DNA of 63,561 bases, the filler included, from Corallochytrium limacisporum Hawaii (Eukaryota; Protista; Pluriformea): the NCBI GenBank assembly GCA_002811645.1. It is 8 parts of 8 records of this genome, joined end to end, with 100 filler letters (N's around TTAATTAATTAA, not from the genome) between each part and the next. Parts side by side here need not be neighbours in the genome. Positions count along the whole stretch, not along the records: positions 1 to 18,909 come from PDIP01000057.1; positions 19,010 to 34,220 come from PDIP01000177.1; 6 more parts are not named here. The stretch is one strand, 5' to 3'. The notes under the pieces are model-generated. The model made no database searches, was not told where the DNA came from, and saw only the letters and a program-made list of their open reading frames with translations. Shown here piece by piece: positions 11,642 through 22,837 of the stretch. The position numbers and the translations under genes are program-made. Positions within the stretch are counted from its first letter, which is position 1; every line of letters begins with the position of its first letter.

Positions 11642-14600
11642 CACCCGGGGGGGGGGGGGTTGGTGGTGGCACAAAAACCACTTCTTTCCAGTGGTACCAT
11701 TGCACGTAGACACTTCAAACACGGCCAAGGCGTATCCTTTTCAGTTCCGATTTGGTGCGGTGGTGGACAGTGCATGAGAAAGAGTACGTTCCTTGTCGTC
11801 CCACACCACGAGTACATAGATAATGTATAAGCATAACTCAAAGGACCAAGGAGTAATCTCCAAAAATGACGACATGGAAGAAGGCATTTCAGGGACGCCT
11901 GATCCCCATTCCTGTCCTTTTGGAGAGAAGAAAGCCTCCGCATCCGGCACCGCGGGCTGTGAGCGAGCGAGGCGCCCTTTGTATATAAAATGAGTGCCCT
12001 TGACTTCTGCGAATTCCTTTAATTTTCTTTGGTTTTTTCTCCCGGCTGATCTGAGTCCCAAGGAAAAAAAGTGGCAAATTGGAGGGCAGGAAGAAGGGGG
12101 GGGGAGGGCGAATGGTCTAATTAGCCAAGGATGACTTGGCCGCTGTGGTTTTGCGTACTGAGGCTATGGGACTCTGTTTTATGTGGTTTTCGGTGTCAGC
12201 CTTGCCCAAAAAATCACTGAGTTTGGCAAAGTAGAGAAGGGGAAGGTAGGTTTTTTTGTTGCCCAAAACGAGTCAACCCCCTCCTCCCCTCCGGCCTCCC
12301 GAAGCCGCCTCCCCTTTCCGATCGGCAACACCGTTCAGTATGGACAAATACTTGAATTAATTATACCGTTCCCTCCTGGGGCCCCGATATCCCCCGTCTC
12401 TTTTTGCGCGGCGTTGCGTGTGTGTCTACGTGTGTCTTAATTTTTTTTTCTTTTTGGAGTTTTTTTTTGTTTTGCGTGGTGGTGGTTGTGTTACCTTTTT
12501 CCCGTTGGTGTGGTGGTGGTGAGGGCTCTGGGCCTGCCTGTGTGTGTGTGTATACGACCCGCCGTGGGTGTGTGAGCTGGGGGTGTGGGGGTAGGCGAGG
12601 CTGGCGGTGTTACGTGTCGGAACGAAGGGCCCGCCGCTTACATAATGTAGTACTGTAGTTAGTTGGTCGTAGTAATATGTTTGTGTAATCTGTGGTTTGT
12701 TGATACTGTTGTAGCACACCGGGCCCACTTACCCATTGTTCATTTTCCTTGGTGTCTTTCTTTAATCTACAACAAACTTTTTCTCTTTTGGTTCCCACTT
12801 TGGTTTCGTTCCAGGGACTCGATAAGGCCCGTTAGACAAAATGGGTGGCGGGGTTGGTTACCTCACTCTAACGGTGGGTTTCGGCTCGGTGTAGCGTCTC
12901 ACACTGTGTGTGTGTGTGTGTGTGTGTGTGCCCCGTTGGCTGACGCGTTGATCTTGGCCGATGGAAGGGGCGGGCGGTGGCGGAATGATGAACGATATAT
13001 TACGAGATGATGTTGGCCGATTACGCACCAATCGTCCACACGCACATACATACACACACACACACACACACCCCCGGCTCACTCGCACGCAACCCCATCA
13101 CAACATCTCTCACTCTCAAATCTAACGGGCGGATCAGTCCTCTGCCTTTCACATTCTCCTGTAAAAATTCTTCTGGCCTTCCTGGCCGGGTGTTGTGTAC
13201 GGTTTGGAAGGGCGATGTCGTTATTTTCCAGAGTGAGGCAAGGAAGCAGAAGCAGAAGAAGAAGAAGAAGACAACAGAAAGGGGGAGTCTAGGGAGAGAG
13301 GTGGGGAGAGGTGGTGGGGGAGAAACACTATGACGCATTGCTTTACGCCCAAGCGGGCTTTTTGGTGGGAGGGGAGGGCGTGGGGGTGTGTGTGTATTGG
13401 GTGCTCGCTCTGAAGCAAAACACAGAGAGCGAGAAGAGCGAGAGAGTGTGAGTGTGGCAGAGAGAGAGAGAGAGAGAGTTGCGATGGAGCGATATGAAAA
13501 GTGTGTGAGTGTGTACGTGCCTATTTCGTTGCTCTCCCTTCCCACCGTACGAGCGCCCTTATCAGTATATTTAGTACCCACAATTTTCTTGGTGCAGATG
13601 GTACTTTCTTATGGTTTCACCGTCTCCGTTTGGTTGGTATTCTTCTCTGTGGGTTGTGTGCCAATGCTTTTGAGGGGAGGCAAGGGGCGTGGAACCCCAA
13701 AATCACAAGCGAGAGGAAAAAAAAATGACGAAAAACGAAAAGCAAAAACAGATTGGGTCAGCTGCTCTTCGCTGTGGCCCTGGGGCCCTGGATGGCAAGT
13801 TCCTTCGTTTTTTTTTTCTTTCTTTGCTTGGGTTTTCGTTTGTGTGTGTGTGTTGGGATCTCCTGGTTTTTCCTTGTTCTCTCGCTTAGCCTTTTTTTTT
13901 CTTTTTTTTCTGTGGGGAGGGAAGGGGGAAGAAAGGAGGAAGGCATTTTCCTTTTTTTTAAAAAGAGCGCTCGGTGGGGAGGGAGGGGAGGGAAGGGAGG
14001 CCGGTGGAGAATTTTTAAGAGCGAGTAACTATTTTTTTTTTGTTCCGAGACGTTGAATTATGCACCGACACAAGGCACACACACACACCCACGCATAGCA
14101 CAGAACGATGAGGGGATTAGAGTAGACGCGAGCCGAAGGGAACGGAAGGGAAGGGGGGGTGGCAGATAGTGTCTGAGTGTGACAGACCAGACACACAAGA
14201 CAGACAGCGCGAGAGAGAGAGAGTTGTGTGGGTGTTGGGTGTGTGTGTGTGTGTGTGATGCGGTGGTAGCAATCTACTTCTTTCGCCTTCACCGCGCTCT
14301 CCCCACTTCCTCTCCTCCCCCCGGGATCCCGCCCTTCCAACACACATACACACCCAAAAAAAAGGAAACAGGAAACGGGGGGAGGCACGAAAGGTGTACG
14401 GAGGGAGAGCGAATACAACACACACCAGGTTTATGCGTTTCTCACGTGTAAGGCGAATTCGTGTCTCTGATGGAAGCGCAAACCCTGATTCGGGGCTTTT
14501 TTGGGTGTGTAGATGACGGTGATAGATGGTCTCACCTAGGAAGACAGCAGATAGCAAGGTACATCACAGGACGAACCGCGCAATCAACGAACGGCTGACG

Positions 14601-14801
14601 GATGGTTTCGCATAACAAAGATCGAGCTCGCAAGACTTGCAAGTTCCCAGTCTACGGCACGCACGTTTTTTTCAAATCCACAGCAGCAGCTGAAAAGGTT
14701 CTCGCACGCCTCGAAGTGCACTACCTCCACACAGACACACAAACCTCAAGGAGCTAATAGCGGGTCCAAACCGTCGGGAAATCAGTAACACTTGGAAAAC
14801 A

Positions 14802-15563
14802 ATGCTGGGCACTTTGATTAGGAACGCAGTGCGCCCCACCGCCGCTTTCGCAGCCACTTCCGCAAGAACAAGCCTGCTGGCGCGCTCCAGCGGTGTTGCT
14901 ACTGCCAACAGCGTCGCCATGATGGCCCGCCGCAACTTTGCTGGTGAATCTTACCACAAGGCCTGGCGCATTATGATGCCAGTCGAGATCAACGTGTCCA
15001 ACTACCAGGACCAGGAGACCGTGACCAAGCGCCTGCGCACCGTCTTCCCCGACGGTGTGTACCAGCTCAAGCATGACGCCGGGAACATTCAGGTCGTCCT
15101 GAAGGACTCCGTTTTTGACTCCACTTTTTACACCATGTACCGTGAGCTGCTCACTGGCTACTACAAGGACTCGGATGTCATGATGAAGGCCATCGACGGC
15201 TTCCTTGAGGACCTGAAGAACATGAATCGGGACGATGACAACTTTGACCAACGCGTGGTCACCCAGACCGTGAACAACCACTTTTTCACTCCCGAGCTGG
15301 CACCTGCCATCGAGGTTCTCGGTGAGGACTGGCCCCTGTCAGACGACCCCGATCTGACAGCAACTGTCTATGTTTACACGATTATGCATGAGCCTTTCGG
15401 ACCAAAGGTTAAGGATGTCCACTATGGCGATGACGTGATCCAGCATGTCAAGACTTTCCAGAGTCAGCAGTCTAGCAAGTACCCTCTGGCGCGGTTCCTG
15501 TATCCCATCTACCGCCACGATCCCTTCGACCCTCGTCTGCGGGGATACTCTGAGGCCGCCTAA
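14802..15563 (+). CDS. Hypothetical mitochondrial protein (253 aa)
   Basis: Arg/Ala/Ser-rich, acid-free presequence ending ..ARRNFA. Strong C/G-ending codon bias and AATAAA just after the stop. No family recognised. Confidence 0.8.
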   Translation: MLGTLIRNAVRPTAAFAATSARTSLLARSSGVATANSVAMMARRNFAGESYHKAWRIMMPVEINVSNYQDQETVTKRLRTVFPDGVYQLKHDAGNIQVVLKDSVFDSTFYTMYRELLTGYYKDSDVMMKAIDGFLEDLKNMNRDDDNFDQRVVTQTVNNHFFTPELAPAIEVLGEDWPLSDDPDLTATVYVYTIMHEPFGPKVKDVHYGDDVIQHVKTFQSQQSSKYPLARFLYPIYRHDPFDPRLRGYSEAA

Positions 15564-15926
15564 AGAATAAATAATGACACAAAAAGTCTTGTATCTGGAT
15601 ACTAGCAACAAGGAAGACAAGAACGGACGGAATTCGGGCACGTACAGCGTGGAATAAGGGTTCACTCGGGAAAAAATGTACTATACGGATAAGCCGGAGG
15701 GCACTGGCTCAATCCAATAAGGGAGGACTCGGCGATCCTGTTACGGCTTTGTCCGCTCACGGCGATCGTAAGGAACTGATGCGGCAGTCTTCTGCTCGGG
15801 TAAAAGGGCATCCATTTGTCAGCCTTTTCAGCGACAGCATTTTTCCCAATCATGGGAGATGCGACACATTGTTTGGTTTGGAAATCGAAAAGAAACGGTA
15901 CAATTTGACGACCACACACGCATACG

Positions 15927-15932
15927 CACACA

Positions 15933-15964
<32 letters not shown>
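15927..15964. repeat. Compound (CA)n(GA)n microsatellite
   Basis: Seen directly between two convergent genes. Confidence 0.95.
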
Positions 15965-16242
15965 ACGAGCACGCGAGCCCCACTCGAAGCCACACAATAG
16001 GCCTCAGATGGATGCGCACTGATGTCAAAGCAACATCGTACACCATGCTCAGGATTTAATCAATTACAAGAAAAGCACACAAATGATTTAGTATACGCTT
16101 GGTAAACTTTTGTCTCATCGAGAAGTTGTATTTTTGCTAGACAGTGACAACGGAGAGGATTGGGAGTGTACGTGTGTGTTTGTCGATACAAACATGTTCA
16201 GTGATGATGGCAAAAGCAATGAAAACAATGAATCCCTCCACT

Positions 16243-18339
16243 TCATCCTAATAGATCGTCAAAGGCAGTGGTAGCCTTCTTTTGTTGCTGAGCACCGCTC
16301 TGCGATTGCTGTTGCTGAGGCTGGCTATGGGTTGAGAACATGCTTCCTCCTTGTTGCGGTCGCATGGGCTGCATACCTGCGCCCATCATGTTGCCGCCCA
16401 TTTGTTGCTGGGGCATACTGCCCATCATGCCGCCCTGCATCGGTTTTTGCATGCCTCCTTGCATGCCTCCTTGCATGCCTCCTTGCATGCCTCCTTGCAT
16501 GCCTCCTTGCATGCCTCCCTGCATGCCTCCCTGCATGCCTCCCTGCATACTTCCCTGCATGGGCTTTGACATGCCTCCTTGCATACCGCTTTGCATTGAC
16601 TGCTGAGGGTAGCTGCCGGTGCGCCCACCGCTCTGCATGCCGCTCTGCATACCTGGCATACCCCCAGAGTTCTGACCGGTCATGGAGTTCATGGTGGGTC
16701 CGTGGTTGGTCTGCTTGGGGCCCAGCTGAGGGATCAGAGACTTGGCATCCAGGTTGACCAGGTTGGATCCAGCACCCTGCCAGGTCTTGCCTGCAGCGGC
16801 AGATCCAGCAGGCTGTGCTCCAAAACCTCCCTGTTGGTTTGCCTGCATGGGCTGCATAGCGGGCTGACCGCCCATTATACCGCCACTTCCACCCATCATC
16901 ATAGGGTTCTGCTGCTGCTGCTGCTGCGGCTGAGCAAAGGACGATCCGTTCTGAGCGGCAAACATGTTCTGTTGGGTCTGCTGTTGGCCTGCAGCAGGGG
17001 TAGTGGTCGAGCTACTCATCATGCTGAAAAGATCACCTCCCGCGGACGCAGCAGGGGCAGCCTGCTGCTGCTGCTGAGGAGCAGGAGCGCTAGAGAAGGC
17101 ATCAAAGAGATCGCCTCCGCCCTGCTGTGGCTGTTGTTGCTGGGGCTGGGATGTGGCCTGGTTGTTGCCAGAGAAGCCGCTGAAGTCACCCCAATCATCA
17201 CCGCCAGCGCCAGCGCTTTGCTGCTGGTCAGCTCCTGAAAATGATGCGGACTGGAAGTCTGCAAATTCGTCGTTTCCACCAGCGGCCGCGCCTCCCTGAC
17301 CTCCACTTTCGTCAAAGCCACCGAACAGATCCTCCTGTTCGCCACCGCTCACACCGCTCACATTGCTTACCGAGCGACCAAGATTGGCAGAGGCACCCAG
17401 ACCGACGAGGGGCTTGGTGGTACCGGATGACTTCTTGGCATGGGCTTCCAGGCCCAGAGAGGAAGCACCTTTTGACCGCTGTCCTGAACGCTCCAGGGCT
17501 GCTGCTGCATCACGGGAGCTAAACGTATTGCTGCTGGATGACGTGTGTGAACTACCCTTGGCCATACCAGTCCGACGGACCTCGGGTCCCTTTGTGGCAC
17601 CCAGTGCGCTTGAGTCGCCGTAATCGTAGCGACTACTGTGTCCACCATCGAATCCATCGTCATCGTCACCAAAGTTGTCCCGGTAGCGATCCGTCTGCTG
17701 CTGACGGTAGCGATCGAAGCCAGACTGACTGGGAGAATCGTCGTACCGATCGCGGTAACCACCACCGGAGCTGTAACCGCCGCCACCGCTACGACCGTAA
17801 TCGTCAGAGCCAAACCCAGTCATAGTGTCAGCACCAACACCAGTGTATTTATCCCGGTTCTTGCGAGCCTTGTGACGTTCCTCGCGCAAACGATCATCGT
17901 CTTGGAGCAGCTGGACAATGGCCTTTGCCTTCTCGCGGACGTTGAGGCCTTCGTCCTTGCCAGCCTCTTCCCATTTGAATAATTCCAGACGCCTCAGCTG
18001 ATACATGTGATCTCGTGCGTCTTCAACCACACGCTCACTACCACCCTTGATCAGATAGTCGAGAACCAACAGTGACTTGTACACATAGCGGAAGTGGTTC
18101 TCTTCCATACGTTTCCACAGGGCACCCATAATCTCTGGAAAGTGATTGTATCGGAAAGTGGCTCTGGCAAGCTCAGCCATGTCAGAACCCTTTGGTCCCC
18201 AGGGTTCCATGCTGGTGCATTCACGAACCTTAAGCTCCCATTCTGTGTAATTCATGGCCATGTTCTTGACGCCGTCAATCACCTGGTTGACCTGCCAGGA
18301 TTTATTGACTTTGTCCATCATGTTCTTAACGGTCTCCAT
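16243..18339 (-). CDS. ENTH-domain epsin-related protein (epsinR/CLINT1/Ent3-like)
   Basis: ENTH domain (KVRECTSMEPWGP...YKSLLVLDYLIKGGSE...GKDEGLNVR), gamma-ear motifs DEFADF and DDWGDF, LVNLD clathrin-box-like motif, and a Met/Gly/Gln-rich tail. Confidence 0.92.
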   Translation of the reverse strand: METVKNMMDKVNKSWQVNQVIDGVKNMAMNYTEWELKVRECTSMEPWGPKGSDMAELARATFRYNHFPEIMGALWKRMEENHFRYVYKSLLVLDYLIKGGSERVVEDARDHMYQLRRLELFKWEEAGKDEGLNVREKAKAIVQLLQDDDRLREERHKARKNRDKYTGVGADTMTGFGSDDYGRSGGGGYSSGGGYRDRYDDSPSQSGFDRYRQQQTDRYRDNFGDDDDGFDGGHSSRYDYGDSSALGATKGPEVRRTGMAKGSSHTSSSSNTFSSRDAAAALERSGQRSKGASSLGLEAHAKKSSGTTKPLVGLGASANLGRSVSNVSGVSGGEQEDLFGGFDESGGQGGAAAGGNDEFADFQSASFSGADQQQSAGAGGDDWGDFSGFSGNNQATSQPQQQQPQQGGGDLFDAFSSAPAPQQQQQAAPAASAGGDLFSMMSSSTTTPAAGQQQTQQNMFAAQNGSSFAQPQQQQQQNPMMMGGSGGIMGGQPAMQPMQANQQGGFGAQPAGSAAAGKTWQGAGSNLVNLDAKSLIPQLGPKQTNHGPTMNSMTGQNSGGMPGMQSGMQSGGRTGSYPQQSMQSGMQGGMSKPMQGSMQGGMQGGMQGGMQGGMQGGMQGGMQGGMQGGMQKPMQGGMMGSMPQQQMGGNMMGAGMQPMRPQQGGSMFSTHSQPQQQQSQSGAQQQKKATTAFDDLLG
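16450..16547 (-). repeat. 12-bp in-frame tandem repeat encoding (MQGG)n
   Basis: About 8 units of gcatgcctcc(t/c)t. Confidence 0.95.
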
Positions 18340-18909
18340 GGTTGTTGGAATATCAACCCGTTCCGTGTCTAACTGCAGCCCTCTATTCCGATTTCCTCCT
18401 TATCACTACTGTGCTGCTTCACGGTTTCAGTAGACTACAAAAGCATTCAGGTAACTGTGACACGAACCTTTCTCGGGCTGGTTCATGTTTCACAGCATAT
18501 TCTACACCTGATCGTATTTATAGCTTTCGGTTATACACACTTGTTGGTTTCTGAATACATGAAGTTACATATCAATACAAACTTCCCAAAAGCCTGCCTT
18601 TCGCCACTGGCGGTGCCAAAACCCGGGCACCGAACACACCTCAGTATATCCACCCAAACCGTCCGCCTGCCTTGAACCGTGTCATGGACCACTGAGGGCA
18701 AAAGCGGTGGCGAGTGCCATCCCCCCCCTCGCTTCTCCCTTTGGGGGAGAGGAGGAGTAGGTTAGGGAGCGGGGCTGGTGTTTTCCTTTCGGGCCCAATA
18801 CGTAGAAAATTTGCGGAAAACATTGGGGAGGGGGGCGGGGACCCGTACCAGCGCGAAGGACGGTTTGCTGCCCCCCCCCCACCCCGGGGGAGCCCCTCCT
18901 CCACCCCAC

Positions 18910-19009
18910 NNNNNNNNNNNNNNNNNNNNNNNNNNNNNNNNNNNNNNNNNNNNTTAATTAATTAANNNNNNNNNNNNNNNNNNNNNNNNNNNNNNNNNNN
19001 NNNNNNNNN
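18910..19009. other. Artificial contig spacer N44-TTAATTAATTAA-N44
   Basis: Identical 100-bp spacers with stops in all six frames also occur at 34221-34320, 45837-45936, 52564-52663, 58239-58338, 60769-60868 and 62004-62103. Confidence 0.98.
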
Positions 19010-19089
19010 GATAAGATTTATTTGATTCAAAGAAGGTTGCGACCCTATAAACCTAAATTCCTCCTTAACTTATGGGGCAGAGGTTGGTA
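19010..19089 (-). mobile_element. Terminal inverted repeat of TA-flanked DNA transposon/MITE, family A (right end)
   Basis: 19019-19089 is the exact reverse complement of 45766-45836. It ends ...CAGAGGTTGG-TA. Confidence 0.75.
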
Positions 19090-19586
19090 CTACCTATCCC
19101 TCTCCCTTCTCTCCGCCCACACCTAAGCGGCATACCAATGAACGGATACATTTACTATTGAATGTGCCACTTATGGCATGAAAATTGGGTTTGGGTACGC
19201 AAAAGGAGAGCTGTGTCTGGACTGTCCGGTGCGCTCCAAAGAAAGAGAAATTTTTTTACTTGCTGCCGTACTCTGGGAGCCTATTTTCAGATCTGCCACC
19301 CCCCCCCCCCGGGGGCGGGGGGCCGTCTTTCCTTTCATTTCTGACTGTCTTCGGTGGTTTAACTGTCGTCGCCCGGGGTTCTCCCGGGTTCCCAACGGGG
19401 CCGGGTGACAAATCAATATACTTGCCCGGGGTAACCGAAGTTAATTCGTTTTAATTATATAGTTAGGTTTTATAGTTAATAGAACTCTCCGACAGATGGA
19501 GGAAGGGTCGGGAGGGCCTTAGACCGCGGGTTGGTGACAAAGGAGAACAGAACCGCGGTGCCCCAGCTTGATCGCACGAGAAACGT

Positions 19587-20123
19587 ATGAAGAGCTCCGA
19601 AGAACCGCAGACGGCCATGACATTTGCAATGATGTTAATGTGCGACTTGATAACCGCGATGGGGATTCAAAACAATTGTGCAGAAGAAGAACCGCTTGTG
19701 TCGGCGACTGCTGATCATCACCAAGCTCCGGGATGGCAAGATGAATCAAGCGAAGGAACATTAGAGTCTGCCGTTGCAAAGTTTATTAAGGTGAATATTG
19801 AACCAATACGAAGAGATGAAGAATATGACCCTGAATTTTGTTCTCTCAGCTGTGTAAAGAAGGGACCGTGGTGGTGGCAAGAAATCAAATGATACAGCCA
19901 GTATATCGTGCCAATAATCGTCGTCAACACTGTGGCGGTTGGTTCCGTAGTTATATGGCTCATCACTAACAAGAAATAACCTTGTTGTAAACAACAGTAA
20001 ATGTGAAGACTAAGATCTGGCTGGCGGACTAACAGATGAAGTCCTAATATGAAGGCGTATCTGGAAAGAATACTACAGCAGAGTCTCGCTCGATACAGCC
20101 AGAGGATCCGAGCCATCTCGTAA
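19587..20123 (+). pseudogene. Possible decayed single-pass membrane protein
   Basis: A 101-aa ORF continues in frame past TGA into the hydrophobic YIVPIIVVNTVAVGSVVIWLIT-NKK, followed by further stops. Confidence 0.25.
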
Positions 20124-20244
20124 GATTTGATCATTCATTGCACATAGCCGTCTTGTCAAAATATGTATCGCATCACAATCTAATAATAAACTGAGAATCT
20201 ACTACGCAAGCTGGTGGGTTTGTTGCTATTCGTTCACTTTGTGT

Positions 20245-21738
20245 TCAGCCGTCGCCGGAAATCATTTCCACAGTGGTCTGGATCACTCCCAGCAGTCCAC
20301 CAAGTACTCCTACCGAAATGTAAAACCGGCACAATGCTTTCGTCGTTGAGGTGGCCGTAGCTCCACAGACTCTGAGATAGAATAATGGTGGGAAGATGAA
20401 CTGCAATGATGTGCCGCCGACGGCACCGATGAATCCCATGAGCAGCCCAAACTTCGGCAAGGACAATGCCACCAGCACCGCAACACAAACCGAGAACGCT
20501 CGGAAGAGATTTTGCTTCCAGAACTTCATGTACGGACTGATCCGACCCGGCTTGAACATCTCATTCTCCACAATGTCCAGAAATACGTACATTTGTACAG
20601 GGTAACTGGATGCAATGGCAAAGACAAACAGCAACCTAACTACATTCAAGAGTGCGTTCCAGAGTTCGGGATTCTCACTGAATTCCGCAAATTCTGCGAT
20701 ATTTTCTGTGAGGTGATCCTGCACATTCTTGCCAAAGGCAATGTATGGAATGCAACCCATGAGCACGTAGTTGATGATACTCAACATCATGACCAGACTC
20801 AGCACCCGCGGAAACCGATGGCTATCCTTCATGGCTGTCTCTGACGGGAGAACAACCCCAATGCCCTCGAGAGCGTACACGGACATACCAAACATGATAG
20901 GCACCGTGCGCCAAGCTATAAACCAATCAATGTTCCAAGCTGCACCCTCCACGACATTCTGACTGATCTGAATGAAAGATGCAATTAGTACAATGATCAT
21001 TCCACCGACAATTGCAAAGTTTGCTGCCAAAGACACAGGCCCAATGTATGCTAAACTGCGGATCCAGCTCATGACAATGAGCAGAGGGAGCAGGAACAGA
21101 AGCACGTTCGCCCGGGCCTCCTGCTCCGGCAGAGTTGGGAAGTACTGTGCCAGGTTCTCGGCGACAAAAACCATGTAAACGACACAGAAGCCAAATTGGG
21201 TGAAGCACAGCAGCGCATCCACGGCTACGGCCATGCGCCGACCATACGCAAAGTATGCAATATCAGAGTAGGTAACCGCGCCCCGGCTGGCCAACTTGTG
21301 CTTTGCTTGCACAAGCAGCAACATGCCGTGCGTCGCAATGGAAGCAATTCCAACCATGAGAATGATGCCTGCAATCAGACCCGACTGGCGAAAAGCATAA
21401 GGAAGCCCTAGAATACCGGATCCGAGGTAGGATTTCAGCAGATTGAAAAAGGTCTGTGAGGCACTTGCGTCCTTGGTGATGCTCATGCCGTGAGCATCAG
21501 CAACGTGGTCGTGGGTGTGGTGGTGGGAATGAGCGTAATCAGCATCCATAATGAACCCATCTTCTTCGTCCGCCCGCGGTAATAACGACCCACGCCCTGT
21601 ACCATCAGGGTCTTCACTGGTCGAGTCTCGACCTGCAGCCTGCAGAGGAATATTGCGCCCTTCCAACCCTGCCTCGTCATCGTCTGTGAATTTGTCATAG
21701 CCACGGACACCCGCTGCAAACTTCTTTACACGATCCAT
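20245..21738 (-). CDS. Amino acid transporter, AAAP family (SLC36/Avt3-Avt4-like)
   Basis: NLLKSYLGSGILGLPYAF, QFGFCVVY, YALEGIG and SYPVQ motifs, with about 11 hydrophobic segments. Confidence 0.93.
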   Translation of the reverse strand: MDRVKKFAAGVRGYDKFTDDDEAGLEGRNIPLQAAGRDSTSEDPDGTGRGSLLPRADEEDGFIMDADYAHSHHHTHDHVADAHGMSITKDASASQTFFNLLKSYLGSGILGLPYAFRQSGLIAGIILMVGIASIATHGMLLLVQAKHKLASRGAVTYSDIAYFAYGRRMAVAVDALLCFTQFGFCVVYMVFVAENLAQYFPTLPEQEARANVLLFLLPLLIVMSWIRSLAYIGPVSLAANFAIVGGMIIVLIASFIQISQNVVEGAAWNIDWFIAWRTVPIMFGMSVYALEGIGVVLPSETAMKDSHRFPRVLSLVMMLSIINYVLMGCIPYIAFGKNVQDHLTENIAEFAEFSENPELWNALLNVVRLLFVFAIASSYPVQMYVFLDIVENEMFKPGRISPYMKFWKQNLFRAFSVCVAVLVALSLPKFGLLMGFIGAVGGTSLQFIFPPLFYLRVCGATATSTTKALCRFYISVGVLGGLLGVIQTTVEMISGDG

Positions 21739-22837
21739 TATGTGGTTTACTTGGGTTGTTTTGTTGTTTTCTTCTCTCCCCTCACACTAGACAAACCTTA
21801 CACTATAACCTTGCGCGCTCCCCCGCATCTACATGTTGACAACATCGGAAAGGTCACTTCTTTAAACATTTATCGAACTGAGGAACCTAAACATGCCAAA
21901 GATACAATGAATCGTCCACGTTTAAAACTACACGAACTCTAGTCTTGACTTCATTCAAGTACCCAGTCTGGTCACGAAGGGCAAGGACCACACCAACAAC
22001 CTCAGACCTTAAGTGCCGAAATCTGGGAGAAAGTCACAACACCGCGACCATCACACATCGGTGTAGAGGGGAGCTGGAGAGAATGAGAGGGGATGAAGGC
22101 CAGGGTAGGGGACCGAGCGGGCAGAGAACTCTCAGGGGAGACAAAGTTGTTGGAAGGGGGGGGGTGGGGACCGACCCAGACACTCACTCTGGGAGAGTNN
22201 NNNNNNNNNNNNNNNNNNNNNNNNNNNNNNNNNNNNNNNNNNNNNNNNNNNNNNNNNNNNNNNNNNNNNNNNNNNNNNNNNNNNNNNNNNNNNNNNNNNN
22301 NNNGGAGGGGGGGGGGGGGGGACCGACCCAGACACTCACTCTGGGAGAGTGAGATGGGCGGGAACTGGTGGGGTCGGAGATCGGAGCAGCGGACTGTAGC
22401 CTAGAGATCCCGCCTCCAAACGTCCCAGCTACCGGTGGGGTAGTTTTCGTCCTTTCTCGTGCCTTTGACTTTGTCAATCACCAGTTTATTTATCCAATTC
22501 TCTTGCCAATCCGTGGATTGCCTGTGCACATGGGAGAGGAGACCAACGTAGCCAAACTACGGCGTGCTGGGCTCCTAGTGCGCCTGGATTCGTCTCTACA
22601 CTGCAGTCTGGGGCGGTTGATGAAGTACCCGGTGTTGAAAGGAGAAGGGGCAGAGAGTTTGCGGACCGTGCAATGTCGAGTTTCCAGATGTACAAGTGAA
22701 TGGTCATAGTGCTCTGTTTTTGGTGCTCTAGGGATTTCAGTGTACTGTTTCTGTTGTATTTGTGAAGCTTTCGGGACAAAACACCAATACTGATGATGAA
22801 TTCGTGTCCCCTCTGTGTGTGTTCTTGAAGTGATGCG

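Noticed and set aside
8682-14557. Many ORFs with RERE, LSLS, HTHT, CVCV or poly-F/K translations
   Set aside because: They are translations of microsatellites and homopolymers.
18954-18965. Palindromic TTAATTAATTAA repeated seven times
   Set aside because: It is always centred in N44 flanks, so it is an artificial six-frame-stop linker rather than biology.
19890-20045. Alternative genetic code or stop-codon readthrough
   Set aside because: Conserved genes terminate at TAA, TAG and TGA and contain no internal stops.
22169-22350. 30-bp direct repeat on either side of a 105-N gap
   Set aside because: This is a typical unmerged scaffold overlap at a G homopolymer, and the gap is probably negative.
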